Assembly: GCF_963921235.1 (NCBI RefSeq)
Contig: NC_086097.1
Coordinates: 2,666,001-2,730,000 of the forward strand
DNA length: 64,000 nucleotides
Direction: 5' to 3'
Source: Mobula hypostoma
Taxonomy: Eukaryota
This document shows, piece by piece, positions 12,051 to 23,355 of the stretch. The notes under the pieces were generated by a model. It was given only the letters and a program-made list of their open reading frames with translations. It was not told where the DNA came from and did no database searches. Within the stretch, counting starts at the first letter, position 1, and each line of letters begins with the position of its first letter. Position numbers and translations under genes: made by a program.

Positions 12051-14330
12051 GGAATCAGAATTAGGTTTAATACCACAGGCAAATGTCATGATATTTGTTA
12101 ACCTAGTGACAACAGTACAATGCAGTACATGATAAATAAGTAAACTGAAGTCAGTAAATACAGTATATGTATATTAAACAGTTAAATTAAGAACAGTAGT
12201 GCAAAAACAGAAATAATAAAAGTGAGGTAGTGTCCAAGGGTTCAATGTCCATTCAGAAATCAGATGGCAGAGGGGAAGAAGCTGTTCCTGAATCACTGAG
12301 TGTGTGCCTTCAGGCTTCTATACCTCCTACCTGATGGTAACAGTAAGAAGAAGGCATGCCCTGGGTGGTGGGGGTCCGTAATGATGGACGTCGCCTTTCT
12401 GAGGCACTGCTCCTTGAAGGTGTCTTGGATACTATGGAGGCTAGTACCCATGATGGGAGCTGACTAATTTTACAACTCTCTGTAGCTTCTTTCGATCTTG
12501 TACAGCAACAACCACTCCCCTCCCCATACCAGATGGTGATGCAGCCAGTAAGAATGTTCTACAGAGTACATCTGTAGAAGTTTGAGAGTTTTAGATAACA
12601 AACTAAATCTCCTCAAACTCCTGATGAAATATAGCTGTTGTCTTGCTTTCTGCATCGATATGTTGGGACCAGGTTAAATCCTCAGAGATCTTGACCCCAG
12701 GAACTTGAAACCGTAAACTCTCTCCACATCTGATCCCTCTATGAGGATTGGCATGTGTTCCTTCGTCTTACCTTTCCTGAAGTTCACAATCACCTCTTTC
12801 TTCTTACTGACACTGAGTGTAAGGTTGTTCCTATGACCCTCAGCTAGCTGGTATACCTTGCTCCTGCACGCCCTCTCATCTCCACCTGAGATTCTACCAG
12901 CAATGGTTGTATCAACAGCAAATTTATAGATGGTATTTGAGCTATGTCTAGCCACACAGTTATGTGTATATAGAGAGTAGAGCAGTGGCTAAGCACACTC
13001 CCGAGATGTACCAGTGTTGACCGTCAGTGAGGAGGAGATATCATTACCAATCTACACAGATTGTGGTCTTCTGGTCATGAAGCCGAGGATCCAATTGCAG
13101 AGGGAAGTACAGAGGTCCAGGTTCTGTAGCTTTTCAATCAAGACTGTAGGAATGATGGTGTTTAACACTGAGCTATAGTCAACAAATAGCATTCTGACAT
13201 ACACACAAGAAATGCTGGAGGAACTCAGCAGGCCAGGCAGCACCTATGGAAAAAATTACAGTCAACGTTTTGGGCCGAAACCCTTCTCCAGTATGCTGAA
13301 GGGTTTTGGCCCGAAACATCGACTGTACCTATTTTCCCCATAGATGCTGCCGGGCCTGCTGAGTTACCCCAGCATTTTGTGTGTGTTGCTCATATTTCCA
13401 GCATCTGCAGATTTTTTCTTGTTTGTGAGCATTCTAACATAAGTGTTTGTATTGTCCAGATGGTCTAAGGCCGTGAGAAGAGCTATTGAGATTGCATCTG
13501 CTGTAGACGTATTGTGTCGATAGCAGACTGAAGTGGGTCCAGGTCCTTGCTGAGGCAGGGATTCATTCGAGCCGTGACCAGCCTCTCAAAGCATTTCATC
13601 ACCGCAGCTGTGAGTGCTACTGGATGACAGTTTGTCAGGCAGCTCACAATGCTCTTCTTGAGCACTGGTGTAATGGTTGCCCTTTTGAAGCAGGTAGGAA
13701 ATTCCAGCTGTAGCAGTGAGAGATTGAAAATGTCTTTGAGTACACCTGACAGCTGGTTAGCACAAGTTTTCAGATTGTTACCAGGTACTCCATCAGGGCC
13801 AGCCATCTTGCGAGGGTTCACCCTCCTAAAAGAAAGCCTGATATCGGCCTCAGAGACAGAGCTTTTTGGTTTGGGAATGTACAGTAAGTCTTTGTAGGCA
13901 CATACTCATCCACAAAGGTTTTAATGAAGTCAGTAACAACTGCGGCCTACTCAGACTTGAAGATGAATCTCTGAATACAGTCCAGATCGGTGATTCAAAG
14001 CAGTCCTGTAAGTGCTCCTGTGCTTCCCTTGTCCATATCTTCTTGGTCCTCACTACTGGTGCTGCAGTCTTCAGTCTCTGCCTATACTCAGGGCGTAGAA
14101 ATACAGCCAGATGATCAAACTTTCCAAAGTGTGGGTGTGGAATAGCACGGTAAGTGCACTTGATGGTGGTGTAACAGTGCTCCAATGTGTTGTTTCCTCT
14201 GTTACTACATGATGATAATTTATTTAGTGACTTTTTCAAGCTAGCCTGGTTAAAATTCCCCAAAATAGTGGGGACGACATCAGGGTGTGCTGTTTGATGC
14301 CTGTTGATCACATCGCTCAAATAGTCTACG
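12051..14330 (-). mobile_element. Rex1/Babar-clade LINE (APE end plus RT), decayed
   Basis: [63 protein letters not shown]. Confidence 0.88.
13202..13427. mobile_element. Inverted pair of Penelope-like pLTR ends inserted in Rex1
   Basis: Palindrome centred near 13292. 14 bp TSD agcattct(g/a)acata at 13188-13201 and 13428-13441. Confidence 0.8.
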
Positions 14331-14779
14331 GCCCAAGGGGCTCATGGTTTGGGAAACATGACTGGGAAGAGGGGAAGGAAGAGGAGAAGGAGCGGGAAGC
14401 ACCAGAAAGGCATCTTGTAATGATCAATAAACCAATTGTTTGGAATCAAATGAGCTTGTCTGATGTCTCAGGGCTGGGTGTGTCTACACATGCACCACCC
14501 CTGCCCATGCCAATCCTCCTCTGACACCTTTCCCAAACCCGTTCTGTGGCGCTCCACCCTTGCCATTCGCAACATCTTTTGCTCATGCCAGATTTACAAA
14601 CTTGCTCTCTGCTCCACGTTGACAAATACATTACTGTGCAAAAGGTTTGGCATCCAAGCTTTATGTGCCTATGACCTTTGCACAGTACTGTATATATAAT
14701 TCTTATGTATTCACTGAGTTTTTTTTTATTGTGTTCTTTATCTTACTGTGTTTCTTTGTCCTGCAGTACATTCTGAATA

Positions 14780-15030
14780 ACCTTCCTTTCTCCTACGGTC
14801 CACTCTCCTCTCTCATCAGATTCTTTCTTCTCCAGTCCTTTCCCACCCACCTGGCTTCACCTATCACTTTCCAGCTAGCCTCCTTCCCTTTTGTCCACCT
14901 TTTTGTTTTGGCATCTTCCCCCTTTCCTTCTCAGTCCTGAAGGGTCTCAGCCCGAAACGTCAACTGCTTACTTTTTCCCCATGGATGCTGTCTGACCTGC
15001 TGAGTTCCTCCAGCATCGTGTGTGTGTTGA
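14780..15030 (+). mobile_element. Penelope-like pLTR fragment
   Basis: Pyrimidine-rich tract then cagtc-ctga-agggtctcagccc-gaaac-gtc-aactg (14932-14966). Confidence 0.75.
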
Positions 15031-15494
15031 TTCGGAGTAACAATCATTTTGTTCTCCTTTACATTTGTGTACGAGAAATAACATTAAACAATGAATCTAC
15101 AAAACTATTTTTTGATAAAAGCCATGGCTATCTAAGATCATGATCAGCTACTCATAAACACTATGCACCAGGGACCATTTGGATGTGGAAGAGCTATTTA
15201 TTCTTCTGCTCTTTCCCATAGCCATGTACTGGTAGTTCCATCAAAAGTTTGTCCAAATCTCCAAACTGCTGCTGAATCTGCTTCCAATACCCTTTCTGGC
15301 AGAACATTCTTGATTTTGAAAGACATTAAGTCTCTATTCTCCACCTGTCATTCCCTCTGCGACTTAAAATGCTTTTTATTGAGATAAACTACACTGATGC
15401 TGAACATCTGCAAATCTCTCAGCCTTGTTCTCACTAGAATAACCATTCTTCTGTCAGTTTTCTTGATCATACCATATTAAATTTGCACCACAAA

Positions 15495-15835
15495 ACACAG
15501 GAGCAGAATTAGGCTATTCAGCCCATCGAATCTGCTCCACCTTTCCATCATGTTTGATTTATTAACCCTCTCAACCCCATTCTTCTGCCTTTGCCCTGTA
15601 ACCTTTGATACTCTGACCTATCAACCTCTGCTTTAAACATACTCAATGACTTGGCCTCCACAGCCATCTGTAGCAATGAGTTCCACAGATTCCCCACCGT
15701 TGGGCTGCAGAAATTCATCCTCATCTCTGTTCCCAAGGAACATCCTTCTATTCTGAGGCTGCGCCCTCTGGTCCTAGACACCCCAGCTGCAGGAAACATC
15801 CTCTCCACGTCTACTATCCAGGCTTTTCAATATAC
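15495..15835 (-). mobile_element. CR1 3' fragment
   Basis: RMFP..SRTRG.SLRI...NLWNSL..VEAKSL..FKAEVDR. Confidence 0.8.
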
Positions 15836-15989
15836 CACAGGTTTTAGTTACTATAAAGTACATGTTAAGTACATTAATGTCTTCAACAGTGCAGAGAAAA
15901 TTTCACATGGAATGATTGATCAAGAAAATTCAAGGTGGATCACAGCACTCCAAAGGCCTACACATTGATCAAAGATACAAATAGCTCCA

Positions 15990-16575
15990 CATTCTACAAC
16001 TCTCAAATTTCTACAGAAGTACCGTGAAAAACATTCTAATTGGTTGTGTCAATGTCTGGTATGGAGGGGCCACTGCACAGGATCCCAATATACTGAAGAA
16101 AGTTACAAACTCCGCCAGCTTCATCGTAAGTAGTAGCTCCCCCAGCATCCAGGACATCTTCAAAAGGTGATGCCTCAAAATGCCAGCACCCGTTATGAAA
16201 GACACCCTCCCCCCACCACCCAGGATATGCCCTCTTTGATACCATACCCTCCCCCCACCACCCAGGATATGCCCTCTTTGATACCATACCCTCCCCTCAC
16301 CACCCAGGATATGCCCTCTTTGATACCATCACAGCGGAGATACAGGAGCCTGAAGACACGCACTTAATAGTTTAGAAACAGCTTCTTCCCCTCCACATCA
16401 GATTTCTGAACGGATAATGAACCCACGAACATTGCCTCAGTATTTTTCCCCTCTCTTTTTGTACTACTTGTTTAATTTTCTTTTTTTTTAATGTGTATAT
16501 ACTCCTTATTGTGATTGATAGTATTATGTATTGCAATACACCTCATTTCACAGCATATTAAACCTGATTCTGATT
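15990..16575 (+). mobile_element. Rex1-like 3' fragment with internal tandem triplication
   Basis: ttctacagaagtaccgtgaaaaacattct...aacagcttcttcccc...aaacctgattctgattc tail. Confidence 0.75.
16204..16329. repeat. 42 bp tandem repeat, 3 copies
   Basis: accctccccccaccacccaggatatgccctctttgataccat at 16204, 16246 and 16288; one mismatch in copy 3. Confidence 0.95.
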
Positions 16576-16825
16576 CACGATATACTCCATGTGATATACT
16601 CACAGTGGATTAAAGTGGACAAATCAAAGCGCACAAATCAAAGCGCTTGTGACTGCCTATAAAAGTATTGATCAGTCTACCAAAATAAAGTAACAGCTCG
16701 CCCACTCTCTACCACGGTGAAATTTTACTAGATTTAATATTTCACACTTCTAATGTCAGCCTCAGATTAACAAATGAAATGATAGATATTGTCAGAGAAG
16801 TACACAGCAACTAGATTTATCATTA

Positions 16826-17404
16826 TGAACAGCTTTAAGTTCCTCGGCATCCACATCACCGAGGGCCTCACAGGGTCTGTACACACCAGCTGTGTGGTGA
16901 AAAAAGCACAACAGCACCTCTTTCACCTCAGACAGTTGTGGAAATTTAGTATGGGCCCCCAAATCCCAAGAACTCTCTACAAGGGCACAATTGAGAGCTT
17001 CCTGACTGGCTGCATCACTGCCTGGTATGGGAACTGTACCTCCCTCAATTGCAGGACTCTGCAGAGAGTGGTGCGGACAGCCCAGCGCATCTGTATTGAA
17101 TTGAATTGACTTTATTTCTTACATCCTTCACATACATGAGAAGTAAAAATCTTTGTTACGTCTCCATCTAAATGTGCCATGTGCAATCATAGTAATTTAT
17201 AATAAATAGAACAGTCAATGTAATATAGAGTACACTCAAATTAATGCGAGTTCATCAGTCTGATGGTCTGGTGGAAGAAGCCTGTTGGTCCTGGCTTTTA
17301 TGCTGCAGTACCGTTTCCCAGATGGTAGCCGCAGGAATAGATTGTGTTTGGGGTGACTGGGGTCCCCAGTGATCCTACGGGCCCTTTTTACACACCTGTC
17401 CTTG
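16826..17404. mobile_element. Rex1-like 3' portion with its distal part inverted
   Basis: 16826-17095 (+) matches about 62059-62319. 17096-17404 is the reverse complement of about 62351-62680. Confidence 0.8.
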
Positions 17405-18000
17405 TTGCTTTGGGGCAGCGGTATAGTGCAAAGAAATAATTATAAATTTAAAAATAAATAGAGCAAAGAAAGCAATATTCAGTCATGTTCATGGACTATC
17501 TAATGGAGGAAGGGAAAAAGCTGAGTGTCTTCAGGTTCCTGCACCTCCTCCCTGATGACTGTACAAGAAGAGGCCATGTCCTTTGTGATAGATGCTGTCT
17601 TGAGGTTATTTTCTAGACAGGGAGACGATTCAAAAATCAGAGGTACAAAGGGACTTAGGAGTCCTTATGCAGGATTCCCCGAAGGTTAACTTGCAGGCTG
17701 AGTCTGTAGTGAGGAAGGCAAGTGCAATGTTAACATTCATTTTGAGAGAACGGGAAGATAAGAGCAAGGATATAATGCTGAGGCTTTATAAGGCATGGTC
17801 AGACCACACTTGGAGTATTAAGTAGTTTTGGCCCCTTATCAAAGAAAAGACGTGCTGGCACTGGAAGGTGTCCAGGGGAGGTTCATAAGAATGATTCTGG
17901 AATGAAAGGGTGAGCTTATGAGGAACATTTGATGGCTTTGGGCACATACTCATTGGAGTTTAGAAGAATAAGCGGGAGATGTCAATGAAACCTATTGAAT

Positions 18001-19067
18001 CAAGTAAAGTTACTTTTTATTGTCATTTCGACCATAACTGCTGGTACAGTACACAGTAAAAACAAGAATGTTTTTCAGGAACATGGTGCTACATGAACAA
18101 TACAAAAACTACACTGAACTACGTAAAACAACACAAAACTACACGACACTACAGACCTACCCAGGACTGCATAAAGTGCACAAAACAGTGCAGGCATGAC
18201 AATAAATAATAAACAAGACAATAGGCACAGTAGAGGGCAGCAGGTTAGCGTCAGTCCAGGCTCTGGGTATTGAGGAGTCTGATGGCTTGGGGGAAGAAAC
18301 TGTTACATAGTCTGGTCGTGAGAGACCTAATGCTTCGGTGCCTTTTTCCAGATGGCAGGAGGGAGAAGAGTTTGTATGAGGGATGCATGGGGTCCTTCAT
18401 AATGCTGTTTGCTTTACGGATGCAGTGTGTTGAGTAAATGTCTGTAATGGCAGGAAGAGAGATCCCGATGATCTTCTCAGCTGACCTCACTATCCACTGC
18501 AGGGTCTTGCGATCTGAGATGGTGCAATTTCCGAACCAGGCAGTGATGCAGCTGCTCGGGATGTTCTCAATACAACCTCTGTAGAATGTGGTGAGGATGG
18601 GGGGTGGGGGGTGGACTTTTCTCAGCCTTCACAGAAAGTAGAGACGCTGCTGGGCTTTCTTTGCTATGGAGCTGGTGTTGAGGGACCAGGTGAGATTCTC
18701 CGCCAGGTGAACACCAAGAAATTTGGTGCTCTTAACGATCTGTACGGAGGGGATGTTGATGTTCAGCGGTGAGTGGTCGCTTGGTGTCCTCCTGAAGTCA
18801 ACAACCATCTCTTTTGTTTTGTTCACATTCAGAGACAGGTTGTTGGCTCTGCACCAGTCCGTTAGCCGCTGCATCTCCTCTCTGTATGCTGACTCACTGT
18901 TCTTGCTGATGAGACCCACCACGGTCGTGTCATCGGCAAACTTGATGATATGGTTCGAGCTGTGTGTTGCAGTAGTCGTGGGTCAGCAGAGTGAACAGCA
19001 GTGGACTGAGCACACAGCCCCGGGGAGCCCCCGTGCTCAATGTGATGGTGTTGGAGATGCTGCTTCC
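18001..19067 (-). mobile_element. Rex1/Babar LINE, RT C-terminus and 3' end
   Basis: [66 protein letters not shown]. Confidence 0.88.
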
Positions 19068-19307
19068 AATATTGAAAGAAAAAAATCCAAGCAACACTTA
19101 TGTCTCAGCCTGAAACTTGTGTACTTTTTCCCCCATAGATGCTGCCTGGCCTGCTGAGTTCCTCCAGCATTGTGTGTGTGTTGCTTGAATATTGAAAGAC
19201 CTAGATAGAGTGGATTTGGAGAGGATGTTTCCTACAGTGGGTCAGTCTAGGACCAGAGGGATGAGGAGGACTTTCTTCAGCCAGAGGGTAGAGAATCTCA
19301 AGAATTC

Positions 19308-20076
19308 TTGGAGGTGGAGCGGAGTGATGATGGCGCAAAACAGCGAATCCTTCGCTTGCATCTTCGGAAACAGCTCTATTTCCATGTTTAATACCTTATG
19401 TTTCCCTTTCAGGGATCTTTTGAAGACCCTGACCTGGAGTTACATACTGACTACGGTCCTTTGCGGGAATGGGACCCACTCTCAGGGTTTCAAAACTGGT
19501 CGTTGTTCGGCACGCCAAGGGCTCAGCCTAAGAGTTCAGCTCTGCTTTGGGGGCCTAGGATGTCGGGGCTCTGGATCAAGGTCGGTGTCATGGCAAGACA
19601 CCCATGTGTCGTCAGGGAGTTGGAATATCTACGGCTGTGTGCCCAGAGACTTGAGATCTTTGGGCACTGAGCTCTAAAAAAGCGACGTAACGGACTTTTA
19701 TCATAAACCAGCGAGTTGTTTGTTATGTCTCCCTGCTCACTGTGAAACGGAGACACCTCTTTCTCCCTTATTAGGGATAGAGAGAGCCTGTGGTATGTCA
19801 AATACTGGGTGAACACTGCAGTCTTTGGAGTACTGCAAGTCTGTGCCTTCACTGTTGCTTTGTTCACGCTTGAGTGCTCGGTGGCGGGTGCCGATGCTTT
19901 TTTTTTGCTGATGGGGGGGTGGAATGTTGTTTGCTGTCGCTTACGCACACGAGGGAGAGGGGAGCTAGAGTGGAACTTTGGGGCACTCCTCTGTTTTTGT
20001 GGATGGTTGCAAAGAAAAAGCATTCAGGATGTATACTGTATACATTTCTGACATTAAGTGTATCTTTGAAACCTTT
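19308..20076 (+). mobile_element. Unclassified 769 bp non-coding retroposon-like insertion
   Basis: Interrupts CR1 with TSD gaattc (19302-07 / 20077-82). GATGGCG near the 5' end; attaa plus (ctttga) tail at the 3' end. Confidence 0.6.
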
Positions 20077-20809
20077 GAATTCATTGCCACAGTCAGCTGT
20101 GGAGACCAAGTCATTGACCAAGTAAGGTTGAAGCTGTAGATCTTGGTGAGGCCTAGTTTGGAGTATTGTGTGCAGTTTTGGTCACCTACCTACAGGGAAG
20201 ATGTAAATAAGGTTGAAAAAGTACAGAGACAAGAAAATTTACAAGGATGTTGCCAGGACCGGAGGATTGAGATGTAAGGAAAGATTGAACAGGGTGGAAC
20301 CTTATTGCCTGGAATGTGAAGATTGAAACGTGACTTGATGGAGGTATACCCCTCATACATTTGTATACCTCTATCAAATCTCCTCTCAATCTTCTACAAT
20401 CTAACAAATAAAGTCCCTCTCTCAGCCAATGGCCATAGCACATTACTTCCACATACTGATCAATGCTCTAAATTTGCAACTTAGATTTTTATTATTTAAA
20501 ACAGAGAACAAATCCACAGCTAAGTTTGCTCCAATTGAAAGCAATATTTTAAAACCAATCAATTTTTTTATGCTTTAAAAAACCTGATATTTCAATCTTT
20601 ATCAAAAGATCTACTGCACAAATGCAAAGTTAGAGAAGAAAAATTGACAAATACATTATTGAAGTTCTTGAAAGATTAAAACTTAACTTTTGCTTTTTAT
20701 GGAACACACATTTACTTTAGCATTTAGCTACACTCAAGCTCCCTTATGCACTTGAAGTGTGAAAATAAATGATACACACACACACTTAACAGGTGTATCT
20801 CAGGCTTAG

Positions 20810-21207
20810 ACCACACAGGATCAGAAAAAGCTGCAGAAAGTTGTAAACTCAGTCAGCTCCATCTGGGCACTACCCTCCCAGCATTGAGAACAAAATGGCA
20901 GCATCCATCATTAAGGACCCCCATCATCCAGGGTATGCTCTCTTCTCATTGTTACCATCGAGAAGGGGTACAGGAGCCTGAAGAGACACACTCAATGTTT
21001 CAGGAACAGCTTCTTCCCCACCATCAGATTTCTGAATGGACTATGAACACACGTACACTACATCACTATTTTTGCATTGTATATTAATTTAATTTTTTTA
21101 AAAATATATTCCTTATTGTAATTTAAATTATTATGCATTATAATGTACTGCTACCTCAAAACAAATTTCATGAGATATGCATGTGATATTAAACCCGATT
21201 CTAATTA
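20810..21207 (+). mobile_element. Rex1-like 3' fragment abutting a BTBD7 donor site
   Basis: gcatccatcattaaggaccccc...ggaacagcttcttcccc...ttaaacccgattct tail. Confidence 0.75.
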
Positions 21208-21219
21208 TTGTAAACCTAC

Positions 21220-22302
21220 CTTGGGCGAGCATATTGAATTCCAGAAAGAGAGCTATGTGGTAAAGTTCCATCGCTTCTTCTGCTCTCGACATGTTGCCTT
21301 TCCCTGCTACCATTGCTTGGACTTCACTTAGGCTCCCCACAGATGGATTGCAGTGCAATACAAGAGACAAGTCCACAAGATCAGTATACATACAATGTAA
21401 AATTACTTTTGCATATTTCTTTGGAATGATAGACTCATCAAGTATGATTCTAGTTGGTGTCTGCAGAGTTCGATCTGTTATTTCTTCACCAGTCCTTATA
21501 CGTCTTTGGAGAAGATTCCTGAAAAATGGCGAACGTGCAGATAGAACAGCCTTATGCCCACGGAGTTCCTCACCCAAATAACCTGAACCTCTTCCAAATG
21601 CTTCCACAAATCCTGAATCGGATGAAAAGCCAAGAATAGCATCATAGTAACACATGTTATCGAAAAGTTCTCGCATATCCACATCCAGAGAATTCGGTGT
21701 TCCAAATTCTTCAGTGAGCTGTAACAGGATGTCAACACTTTGGAACCTGGAGTCCTCTATTCCAAACTCTCCAGTGTACAGGTAGTGTAACAGTGCTGAA
21801 AACATAGGCAAATCTATGCCAGCTGTGTTTATGTCCATCATAATCTCAGCACCATATTCAGGTGATGATGAAAGCAACGTCTTAAAAAAGGGACATCGCG
21901 CTGCAAGAATGGCACGATGTACTGGAAAGCAAGTGTCTTGGAATATTAAATCTACATCAGTGCAGTACTTGTATTCATAAAGATCTGCTAGATCTCTTTG
22001 CAAGGTCCGTGCGTCTGGTCGCGCCAAAATTCCTTGCAATGAAAGTTCCTTTAAAGCTGCAGTGCCTTCATATTCTTCCACTAAAGCATTCACATCCCTT
22101 ACATCCCACCCAGAAAGAAGCTCACGCATCTGCTTTGCGTGATCGGCAGAGCGATTAGATTTGCGCCTTTTTATAAATTTCTTCTTCAGTGTCGCAAGGC
22201 CAGAACTCTTTTTCTTTTTGTCTTGTGGTTTCTCGTGGCTATGTTCAAGGCTATATAATTTCGAATCACATCCATATCCGTGATGTAGGTAGGAAGATGT
22301 TC
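21220..22302 (-). CDS. BTBD7: BTBD7 large exon with basic NLS-like stretch and tandem BTB/POZ domains
   Basis: GTSSYLHHGYGCDSKLYSL...KKKFIKRRKSNRSADHAKQMRELLSGWDVRDVNALVEEYEG...FPVHRAILAARCPFF...ALFLEFNMLAQ. Acceptor ctcag, donor G|GTAGGT. 1083 nt, phase 1-1. Confidence 0.97.
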
Positions 22303-22789
22303 CTGAGCAATGAAAACAAAAATGTGTTTAGTGTGCCTGATACCAACAATCTCTTCCTTTAAATTAGTAAGTTACTTTGTAATCTGCTAAACACATGAAA
22401 ACAGAGTACTTGCTGATAAAAATCAAAGTTGATTTCACTGTAGCTTTCTTTACAGTTAATTGAGAAATGACACATCTCCACATTGTATTACGATTCCCTC
22501 TACCTATTTCTCAGGACTTGCAGATCCTGAATTGTTTCTTCGTGAGACATACTTCAAGATAATTGGTTCAGCACAACATTATGGGCCGAAGGGCTGGCTC
22601 CTGTGCTGTACTGTTCTACCCCATTGCAGTCTGCTGTCTCACCCTCTGTAGTGTATTCTTAGACAGCATTTTAAACCAGTAGGCTTTTCAAGCTGTGCCA
22701 AGTACCTTTCACACACATACCTTCAAATACTTCCATTCTTTTGTCAAAAGGTGACCAATCCAGGAATGCCTCTTATAATGCCTCTCACA

Positions 22790-23355
22790 ATACCTGGAGT
22801 ATTGTGTGCAGTTTTGGTCCCCTAATCTGAGTAAAGACATTCTTGCCATAGAGGGAGAACAAAGAAGGTTCACCAGATTAATTCCTGGGATGGCAGGACT
22901 TTCATATGATGAAAGACTGGATCAACTAGGCTTATACTCGCTGGAATTTAGAACACAGAGGGGGGGATCTTATTGAAACGTATAAAATTCTCAACGGATT
23001 GGACAGGCTCGATGCAGGAAGATTGTTCCCGATGTTGGGGAAGTCCAGAACGAGGGGTCACAGTTTAAGGATGAAGGAGAAGCCTTTTAGGACTGAGATG
23101 AGGAAAAACTTCTTCACACAGAGAATGGTGAATCTGTGGAATTCTCTGCCACAGGAAACAGTTGAGGCCAGTTCATTGGCTATATTTAAGAGGGAGTTAG
23201 ATAAGGCCCTTGTGGCTACGGGGATCAGGGGGTATGGAGGGAAGGCAGGTACAGGGTTCTGAGTTGGATGATAAGCCATGATCATACTAAATGGCAGTGC
23301 AGGCTCGAAGGGCCAAATGGCCTACTCTTGCACCTATTTTCTATGTTTCTATGTT
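22790..23355 (+). mobile_element. Young CR1 3' fragment
   Basis: Closely similar to the reverse complement of 24857-25418. Ends in tttctatg repeats. Confidence 0.9.

Larger units (their letters stand above)
11858..14690. mobile_element. Tc1/mariner-like non-autonomous element with palindromic ends, split by a Rex1 LINE
   Basis: TA-cagtactgtgcaaagg...cttttgcacagta (11858-11928) and cattactgtgcaaaagg...cctttgcacagtactg-TA (14629-14690). Confidence 0.6.
17620..20120 (+). mobile_element. CR1 3' fragment broken by three younger insertions
   Basis: Colinear CR1 pieces at 17620-18000, 19187-19307 and 20077-20120. Confidence 0.75.
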
